Source: Thermodesulfobacteriota bacterium | GTDB taxonomy: Bacteria > Desulfobacterota > JAZFTZ01 | Assembly (NCBI GenBank): GCA_036446955.1 | Contig: JAZFTZ010000166.1 | Coordinates: 1 to 43,057 of the forward strand | Direction: 5' to 3' | DNA: 43,057 nt | Part shown: positions 15,091 to 21,582 of the stretch, one piece after another | Layout of the letters: each line of letters opens with the position of its first letter | How positions within the stretch are numbered: the stretch's first letter is position 1 | Program-made: the position numbers and the translations under genes | The notes under the pieces: model-generated | What the model was told of the DNA's origin: nothing | Seen by the model: the letters and a program-made list of their open reading frames with translations, nothing else | Database searches by the model: none

Positions 15091-16826
15091 GGCTGTTCCT
15101 CGATAGTGGTGACTACCCGGCGAGGACACTCCTGCGCGCAGAGGGCGCAACCCTTACAATAGTCGTAATTTATCTGATAGCCCAATACTGATCCGTCCCT
15201 GGTAATTGCCATATCCGGGCAAAAGATCAGGCAGTTATCGCATTTGGTGCAGTGGCCGCAATTGAAGCAGCGGGCTCCCTCTTTCAGCGCGTCTTCGGCG
15301 CCAAAGCCGAGGTTGACCTCGGCGAAGGAAGCCAGCCGCTTTTTCGAGCCGGCCTTTTTGGGATCCAGTCGATCTTGGTTTTCGAAATAGTCCAGGTTTA
15401 TATCCGCGAAGGTCACCACCTTGCTTAAGTCCGATGGCTCCTCCCCGTTGATGTACAAGGCAAAGGACATGCTTCCTTTCCGCCCCACTCCTATTTGGGA
15501 AATTTCCTCGGCGCCCTTGCCAGCCAGATTTCGATCGATTGCCAGAGCCGCCTTCTTGCCCGAAGCGATAGCAGCTACCACGGTGCCTTTTGCTTCCGTC
15601 ACATCTCCACCGGCGTACACACCCGCCAGGCTGGTCTGGCCCCATTCGTCCACCAGTATACCCCTGGGGCCGGTCTTGACTTCTTCAGGCAGGATTCCCA
15701 GCTCCGGTCGTTGGCCGACAGCGGTAATGAGCAGGTCGGCGGGAATGGAAAAGCCACTGCCTGGCCTCTTTTCCAGTCGAGGCTGACCATCCGGGCCAAA
15801 GCCGGTAAGTTGACCTTCCACAAACTCCACCGCCCTGGTTGCCCCGCTGCGAGTGGTGATCTTGACTGGGGCTGCTCCGCACACCAGCTTCAAACCCTCT
15901 TGCTCAGCCTCGGCCACTGCCTCAGCCACCGCGGGCATTTCTTCCCTTGTTTCCAGGGACACAATAGTTACCTGTAGATAGCCCTGCCGAAGGGCACACC
16001 GGCCCGCGTCAACGGCTACATCGCCACCGCCGATAACCAGAGCCGCCTTACCCAAGGGCCGAAACCGACGCTCGTTAACCTGCCTTAGAAAATCGATGCC
16101 GCTAATAACGCCGGCGGCGTCTTCGTTGGCCAGATTCAGCCGCCGGCTTTCAGCAAAACCCGGAGCTAAGAAGACCGCGGCATAGCCGTGAAGCTCTTCC
16201 CAGCGAAGCTCCGCCCCCAGTCGCTTTCTGAGCTTTATCTGGACACCGGTGTTCAATATGCCCCGAATTTCGCGGTCGAGGGCCTCTTTAGGAAGTCTAT
16301 ATTGAGGTATGCCGGTACGTAATACACCGCCAAGCTGCCTGGTAGCCTCATAAAGAGTGACCCTGTACCCCAATCGGCTGAGGAAATAGGCACAACTCAG
16401 ACCGGCCGGACCGGAGCCGACCACCGCCACCCGGCTCTCTTTCCTTGCTGCAGAGGAAACCGGGGGCGCTGATTCCCATCCCTGGTCGGCCAGAAAGCGC
16501 TCCATCTCTTTTATGGCCAGCGGTGCATCGAACTCCTTTCGGTTACATGCCTCTTCACAAGGATGGGGGCAGACCCGGCCACATACCCCGGCCAAAGGAT
16601 TTTCATCCCGGATTATTTGAGCCGCCTCGGCAAACCTACCCTGGGAGGCGTGCTCCAAGGCCAGCGCCATGTCCACCCCGGCAGGACACGCCTCCCGGCA
16701 TGGTGCTGCCTTGGGCAAATAAACCGGACGCAGCTGGCGCCATCTTCCGGTTTTGAAGCGCAAGGTAGTAGCGAAGGTTATGGCCGAGGGAGAGTCATCC
16801 ACCGACCAGAAGTTAGATATCACCAT
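15087..16826 (-). CDS. Fusion protein: GltD/NfnB-like NAD(P)H-dependent FAD/Fe-S oxidoreductase (N-terminal, about 440 aa) plus PorD-like 2x[4Fe-4S] ferredoxin (C-terminal, about 80 aa)
   Basis: The N-terminal Cys clusters (CREACP, CGRVCPHPCEEAC) and dinucleotide folds (VVGSGPAGLSCA and VIGGGDVAVDA) are typical of the glutamate synthase small-chain family. The C-terminus carries CTKCDNCLIFCP and CKGCALCAQECP. The ORF sits between the gamma and alpha subunit genes with overlaps at both ends. Confidence 0.85.
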   Translation of the reverse strand: MVISNFWSVDDSPSAITFATTLRFKTGRWRQLRPVYLPKAAPCREACPAGVDMALALEHASQGRFAEAAQIIRDENPLAGVCGRVCPHPCEEACNRKEFDAPLAIKEMERFLADQGWESAPPVSSAARKESRVAVVGSGPAGLSCAYFLSRLGYRVTLYEATRQLGGVLRTGIPQYRLPKEALDREIRGILNTGVQIKLRKRLGAELRWEELHGYAAVFLAPGFAESRRLNLANEDAAGVISGIDFLRQVNERRFRPLGKAALVIGGGDVAVDAGRCALRQGYLQVTIVSLETREEMPAVAEAVAEAEQEGLKLVCGAAPVKITTRSGATRAVEFVEGQLTGFGPDGQPRLEKRPGSGFSIPADLLITAVGQRPELGILPEEVKTGPRGILVDEWGQTSLAGVYAGGDVTEAKGTVVAAIASGKKAALAIDRNLAGKGAEEISQIGVGRKGSMSFALYINGEEPSDLSKVVTFADINLDYFENQDRLDPKKAGSKKRLASFAEVNLGFGAEDALKEGARCFNCGHCTKCDNCLIFCPDMAITRDGSVLGYQINYDYCKGCALCAQECPRRVVTTIEEQP

Positions 16827-17364
16827 TAAGGCTATTCACCTCCTGATAAGCCGCGCGGGCAGCTTGTTCATTTGCCTTAACATTGCTAGGAACTGTCTCT
16901 CTTATCACTCGGATAATGGTATCCAACTCGACCGCTTGCGATATCCGGGCGTAGCCCCCCAGGATGGCGGTATTCACCAGCACGCCCAGATTATAGCGGG
17001 TGGCTATCTGACTGGCATCTACTGTGTAGAGTCGGCACGAGTCACCAAGCTTAAGGCCGGCGGGAAACTCATCGCAGTTTATCAAAAGACAGCCCTTCGC
17101 TTTCAGCCCCTGGGTGACTGGTGCCTCATTTAGCAGGGATGCATCAAGGCAGATGACGTGGTCAGGGGAAGTTATCTCGCACCTTCGCCGGATGCGGCTT
17201 TGGTCGACCCGGACAAATCCCACCACCGGCATGCCTCTCCTCTCTCCACCGAAAGAGGAGAAACATTGGGGATATTTTCCCTCTAAAAAAAAGGCCGAGG
17301 CCAACATCTGGGAAGCGTAAACAGCCCCCTGACCTCCCCTGCCGTGAATTCTGATTTCCACCAC
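16813..17364 (-). CDS. 2-oxoacid:ferredoxin oxidoreductase, gamma subunit
   Basis: The N-terminus IRIHGRGGQGAVYASQMLA...FGGERRG is typical. The start is GTG, and the 3' end overlaps the next gene by 14 nt. Confidence 0.9.
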   Translation of the reverse strand: MVEIRIHGRGGQGAVYASQMLASAFFLEGKYPQCFSSFGGERRGMPVVGFVRVDQSRIRRRCEITSPDHVICLDASLLNEAPVTQGLKAKGCLLINCDEFPAGLKLGDSCRLYTVDASQIATRYNLGVLVNTAILGGYARISQAVELDTIIRVIRETVPSNVKANEQAARAAYQEVNSLNGDI

Positions 17365-17411
17365 CGCTAGTCAACTCCGCCTCAGCTGCGATTCAACATT
17401 CGCATGTTTTC

Positions 17412-17429
17412 CTCTGGCACCCGCCAGAG
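17412..17429 (-). promoter_or_regulatory. SECIS-like hairpin (7-bp stem CUCUGGC/GCCAGAG, GGGU loop) starting 11 nt 3' of an in-frame UGA
   Basis: The minus strand reads UGA AGC GUC UAG CA CUCUGGC GGGU GCCAGAG GAAAA. Spacing and G/U-containing apical loop fit the minimal E. coli fdhF SECIS geometry. It could alternatively, or additionally, act as an operon terminator hairpin, although it has no U-tract. Confidence 0.6.
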
Positions 17430-17431
17430 TG

Positions 17432-17659
17432 CTAGACGCTTCAACTGCCACCGAAGCCGATAGTGACCTTACCACCTTCGATTATAGTTGGCACCTCCCT
17501 CCTGCCGGTGCGCTTAATCATCGCCTCGCGATTTTCTTTATTATATAGCACATCCAGTTCGGTATATTTCAACCCTCTTTTTTGGAAGTCATCCTTGGCG
17601 GCATGGCAGTAAGGACAATCAGGTCTGGTATAAACCAGCATCTTCTCAGCCATTCTCAT
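17432..17659 (-). CDS. Glutaredoxin-like protein (CPYC), probably a selenoprotein ending ...GFGGS-U-S-V-stop (TGA at 17441-17443 recoded)
   Basis: The ORF track ends at TGA 17441-17443. The next in-frame codons are AGC GTC TAG (17440-17432), with a SECIS-like hairpin immediately downstream. The N-terminal region reads YTRPDCPYCHAAKDDF. The ATG forms an ATGA overlap with the GNAT stop. If there is no recoding, the CDS is 17441..17659. Confidence 0.65.
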
Positions 17660-18105
17660 CTCCTTTCCCTTCCCAGCCTTCGTTCCAGGATAATATACTC
17701 GCTCCGGTGAAAACCGCTGGACATGAAGTAGCTGACCAAATCACCGGCATTCCAGTCCACCATGATCCGCACTGTATCCACACCAGCTTCAACAAAACGC
17801 TGGCAAAGGGACTCCACCAGTTCTCTTCCCACCCCTTTTCTGTGGTAGCTGGGGTCAACGCCGACAATCTCCAGCCAGCCGGTTAAAGGGACACCGAACT
17901 CCCAACCTCGAATCTCACCCAGGATGAAACCAGCCAACTGGCCGTTAACCTCGGCCACCAGACAGGCAGACCCACCTCGTCTCAAGTAGCCAATGGCCTT
18001 TTCCTGCCAGTAGTCAGAGTTATTCTTACCCGTGATCTTACGGTCAATGGCAAGGATCCCGGGAATATCTGACTCGGTCAAATCTCGGATGAAAATCTTC
18101 GCCAC
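17656..18105 (-). CDS. GNAT-family N-acetyltransferase
   Basis: The acetyl-CoA binding block VGVDPSYHRKGVGRELV is present. The ORF is 149 aa with a GTG start 6 nt after the upstream stop. Confidence 0.85.
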   Translation of the reverse strand: MAKIFIRDLTESDIPGILAIDRKITGKNNSDYWQEKAIGYLRRGGSACLVAEVNGQLAGFILGEIRGWEFGVPLTGWLEIVGVDPSYHRKGVGRELVESLCQRFVEAGVDTVRIMVDWNAGDLVSYFMSSGFHRSEYIILERRLGRERR

Positions 18106-18111
18106 GATAAC

Positions 18112-19410
18112 CTAATACTGTCTGGCCTGACCGGGCCTCAAATAGTTGGCAAAAAAAACTGCACCCAGCTTCTTAAATAAATGGCGATTGAAATTTCTCT
18201 TTATTATATCCTTGAAACTGGCCTGACCGGAGACCGAGTCGAAAAGGGAATCATAAAGCACCGGATCGATCTTGCCCAACTCCACCAGCCTATCAAATAG
18301 GCCGTTCTTGCTGGCCCAGCGGCAAAAAAGGCGCACCCCGACGCCGAAATAGTAATCGTCTAATAGCTCCTTGCAATCCCGGGCATATTGGGCGAGATCT
18401 TCCTCAGCCAATCCCCTCCTCACCATAATTCGGGCGGCTCGAATTCCAGTGAGCAGAGCGATGTTAACCCCTTTGCCCTTGAAAGGCCGCATCCAACCGG
18501 TGGCATCTCCGACCAATACGAACCTATCGCCGTAAGGATTTTTGGCTGGCGCGATAGGAAATTTTCCCTCGAAGTAATGTAAACTGTCCCGGTCAAAAGG
18601 GGGAAGATGAGCCCGAACCTGAGGCAGCTCCAGGAATTTATCCATATCTAGAGAGGTAACCTCTCTGCCAGCTATATTTATAATCAGGTGATCCCCCTTG
18701 GGCGTTATAGCTCCAAACTCCACCCGAGAAACGGAATCAGGCATCAGAAAGGCATATATGATGTTGCCCAGTTTTTGCTCAATAAAGACCTTATCAGCAT
18801 GAAATTTGGTGATAAAGGTTCTCAAATACTTACTGGGCCGTCTGTAGCCGACTGAATTCTTGGTGGCCCTCTCAAAGGCAGAGAGCATGGCCTCGTCCAG
18901 GCCAAAGGCCCCCACCACGGCCGCGGCGCGCAGATAGCCGCTATCGCTGTATATCCTGACTTCATCAGACCGGTCCGATCTCACAAACTCAATATCAGAG
19001 ACCCGGCTGCGCACTACCTCCACTCCCATTGCCTGGGCCTGTTCCAGAAGGAAAGCATCAAACAGCAGGCGACGCACAGTAAAGGTCGGGCCGGAGGTGT
19101 TTTTCCCCACCAGCAGTACCTCATTGTTCTTGGAATGGAGCCGATAGGCGTAAATCTCTCTTTTAACCAGCCCGGTTGGCAGGGATAGACCCAATTCTGA
19201 TTCCAGGATGTCAGTAAGAGGCGGGGAGAGAACTCCCACGCACTGGTTATAATGGACCTTAAAGTCTTTGCTCTCGAACAGGGTAACCTTGAGAGCAAGC
19301 CCGGTTCGGCGGGCTTCCCGTATCAGCGTTATCGCGCAGGCGGAGCCGGCTGGACCACCACCCACGATAGCTACCGTGCTGCCGTTTTCAAGTCTTAACG
19401 GTTTGTCCAT
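18112..19410 (-). CDS. FAD-dependent oxidoreductase, geranylgeranyl-reductase-like (paralogue 2)
   Basis: The start was trimmed to ATG 19410 (MDKPLRLENGSTVAIVGGGPAGSACA), overlapping the upstream gene stop by 16 nt. A later GD motif (VLVGDATGW) is present. Confidence 0.8.
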   Translation of the reverse strand: MDKPLRLENGSTVAIVGGGPAGSACAITLIREARRTGLALKVTLFESKDFKVHYNQCVGVLSPPLTDILESELGLSLPTGLVKREIYAYRLHSKNNEVLLVGKNTSGPTFTVRRLLFDAFLLEQAQAMGVEVVRSRVSDIEFVRSDRSDEVRIYSDSGYLRAAAVVGAFGLDEAMLSAFERATKNSVGYRRPSKYLRTFITKFHADKVFIEQKLGNIIYAFLMPDSVSRVEFGAITPKGDHLIINIAGREVTSLDMDKFLELPQVRAHLPPFDRDSLHYFEGKFPIAPAKNPYGDRFVLVGDATGWMRPFKGKGVNIALLTGIRAARIMVRRGLAEEDLAQYARDCKELLDDYYFGVGVRLFCRWASKNGLFDRLVELGKIDPVLYDSLFDSVSGQASFKDIIKRNFNRHLFKKLGAVFFANYLRPGQARQY

Positions 19411-20756
19411 CCCTGTCGCCAAGCCAATGATAAGGAAGAGCGCAAAACCTCGACTAGCAAGCTTGCATTCAGTCCCTTGACGAAGATGCGTCGGTAGGGG
19501 ACGTTGCCGGTAAACATGTGCCACAGTATGGTGGATAGTATCTTGTTATCGTCTTCCTCATCCGCCTGTTCCCGCTGAGCCACATCCAGGCATATCCGGC
19601 AAAGGACGTCACTGGAGGAGAACAAGCGGTAAAGGAAAAACATCAGTTTCCCGATATGATTATCCCGGGCAAATAGACGCCGGCAGGGGAGATAATAATG
19701 ATTATAGAAATCTTTCCCAGATATGCCGTTGGCTAACGCGGCCTGAGCTGCCAGCCCAGCGGTGATGAAGGCTGACTCTATTCCGTTTTTTAAATAGCGA
19801 CAAAAACCAGCATCACCTATTATCACCATCCGGTCAGCATAAGCCCACCGGGCGTGACCTATGGGAACCTGGGGATGGCAATGGCATAAGGATTCCCAGG
19901 GAGTGGGAAGGTATTCCCGCACCAAAGGCGAGGCCATCTCATGCTGTAAATCCTTTATCCGGACGTGAGGGCCAATGCCGGTGACGGTAAGGTAATTGCC
20001 TTTGGGTGTTATGGCCAGGAAGTGCAGACCAGACTTGACGGTGGAGAAAATGTGGATCATATCCTTGAGTTTGTCGCGGATAAACTCCCGGTCCGCCTCC
20101 AGCTCGGTCTGGCAAGTGTGCCAGGTTTGGGGAGGCCAATACCCCGGGAAAAACCTTCTCAGAATACCGCTATTAACGCCAAAAGCACCCACCACCAGGT
20201 CCATCTCCTCCCTGGTGTTATTGAACTTAATTACCGGCTTTTCTCGCCCGCTGGAGGGAAACTCCACCGCATCAACTCGCTGCTGGATGACCTTTGCCCC
20301 GGATAAAGCCGCGCAATTGAGGAGATGCTGGTCGAAACTGAAGGTCTCTCCCCTAGCCCGGTGGCCTCTGGGCCCGCCGCCCCGGAAAACCGTGTATATT
20401 TTTTCCTCCAAAACAGGGCTGAGAAATACCACCCGGTCCGCACCGTGGAAGGAATAGCCCACTACCTCTTGACGTACTACTTGGGGAGGAAGGGGCAGAC
20501 CCATTTCTTCCAAATGGGTTACCAGGCCAGACCCAATAGCGCCGGCGCACATGTTGCAGCCGCGCGGTCCTACCTCGTCAAAATCCCTCCGGTCATATAT
20601 GGTTATCTCTAATTCCAGGTTGAGTTTTTGAGCCAGACGGGAGGCGACCAAGGCAAAGAAACTACCCGCCGGCCCACCTCCCAGCACACCGATACGAGAT
20701 CCTTTTCCCAAGACAAGCGGGGATGCCACTGAAACCCCCGAGGGTAAGAGATTCAT
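19395..20756 (-). CDS. FAD-dependent oxidoreductase, geranylgeranyl-reductase-like (paralogue 1)
   Basis: The motifs IGVLGGGPAGSFFA, GCNMCAGAIGSG (at the position of the GGR PCGG motif) and VIIGDAGFC are present. The ORF is 453 aa. Confidence 0.8.
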   Translation of the reverse strand: MNLLPSGVSVASPLVLGKGSRIGVLGGGPAGSFFALVASRLAQKLNLELEITIYDRRDFDEVGPRGCNMCAGAIGSGLVTHLEEMGLPLPPQVVRQEVVGYSFHGADRVVFLSPVLEEKIYTVFRGGGPRGHRARGETFSFDQHLLNCAALSGAKVIQQRVDAVEFPSSGREKPVIKFNNTREEMDLVVGAFGVNSGILRRFFPGYWPPQTWHTCQTELEADREFIRDKLKDMIHIFSTVKSGLHFLAITPKGNYLTVTGIGPHVRIKDLQHEMASPLVREYLPTPWESLCHCHPQVPIGHARWAYADRMVIIGDAGFCRYLKNGIESAFITAGLAAQAALANGISGKDFYNHYYLPCRRLFARDNHIGKLMFFLYRLFSSSDVLCRICLDVAQREQADEEDDNKILSTILWHMFTGNVPYRRIFVKGLNASLLVEVLRSSLSLAWRQGWTNR

Positions 20757-20763
20757 TATCTCT

Positions 20764-20793
20764 TGTATATCATTATTGCCTAGCCGCCGTCAA
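20764..20793 (-). promoter_or_regulatory. Possible sigma70 promoter TTGACG-18 nt-TATACA; the -10 ends 7 nt before the ATG (very short or no leader)
   Basis: The minus strand reads TTGACG (20793-20788)...TATACA (20769-20764) AGAGATA ATG (20756). This is speculative. Confidence 0.3.
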
Positions 20794-20882
20794 CGGTCTC
20801 GCCCGGATGATGCATGTTGTTATGAAACATAGGTTACACCTCCAGGGGAAGGGACAGGGGCTATTTGAAGGAGGAGACGTTT

Positions 20883-20934
20883 CCAGAGGGACGGGGCCGC
20901 GGCCCCCCCAGAGAAGGTTTCCTCCACAAAAAGG
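20883..20934. repeat. Repeat copy (GC-hairpin module plus half core), in inverted orientation relative to the copy at 24068-24120
   Basis: The sequence is CCAGAGGGACGGGGCCGCGGCCCCCCCAGAGAAGGTTTCCTCCACAAAAAGG. The reverse complement of 20906-20922 is GGAAACCTTCTCTGGGG, an exact 17-mer also present at 24073-24089. Confidence 0.65.
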
Positions 20935-21176
20935 CTAGGCCGGCGCGGCCCTAACGACCACCTTGACGTTAGGACCCCTAAATCGACGCCAGACACTAAA
21001 AAAATAAGAATCCCAACCATGGAAAGAGTGGAAGATACTGTTTTCCCAGGAAAAGAGGGTCTTCTTCTCCTTTTAGCCTCTCTTATGGCATTTAGCGCCG
21101 TTAACCTGCCCCCCAAGAATCGGCCCAGTTTGTATGTTAGGATTCAGCCATAATACTTGATGAAAGAATTATTAGA

Positions 21177-21376
21177 ATGAGCAGGAAAGTATTAAACCCG
21201 AGCAGATCATTGGGAAGTTGCGTGAGGCTGAGGTGCTGTTGGGTCAGAGCCATACGGTGGGGCAGGTGAGCCGTAAGCTTGGCATAACCGAGCAGACCTA
21301 CTATCGCTGGCGTAAGGAATATGGGGGGATGCGGGTTGAGCAGGCCAAGCGGCTCAAGGAGGCAGAGAAGGAGAAT
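21177..21376 (+). pseudogene. IS3-family transposase orfA relic (frameshifted N-terminus, truncated after about 65 codons)
   Basis: The ATG at 21177 gives MSRKV.., and a 1-nt frameshift near 21190-21196 leads into KPEQIIGKLREAEVLLGQSHTVGQVSRKLGITEQTYYRWRKEYGGMRVEQAKRLKEAEKEN. This is the classic IS3 OrfA HTH plus the start of the leucine zipper. Similarity stops abruptly at 21376. No orfB and no recognisable inverted repeats are present. Confidence 0.75.
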
Positions 21377-21582
21377 TTTTTTAGAACAGCTCTATCGCCC
21401 CAGCCGTACACCCCTTCCTCCTGCATTGCATCGGTATGATAAGTCCCTGAAGATTAGCTATTATCTCTCGGAAAGGAGCGGGAGACCAACTTGGAAGAAG
21501 AGATCCATAAGCCGGCGGTCAAAAGAGGAACCAGTCGAAGAGCTGTTGTTCAAGACTGGCCAGCCTAGTCAGCCCCTCCTGA

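Noticed and set aside
17415-17432. TGGCAC on the + strand, resembling a sigma54 -24 element.
   Set aside because: The position 10 nt after the GG is AG, not GC. There is no + strand gene downstream. The sequence is the complement of the SECIS-like hairpin on the minus strand.
20820-21116. A 98-aa minus-strand ORF in the scar region.
   Set aside because: It runs through the repeat copy at 20883-20934, is Arg/Ser/Pro-rich, and has no RBS or homology signal.
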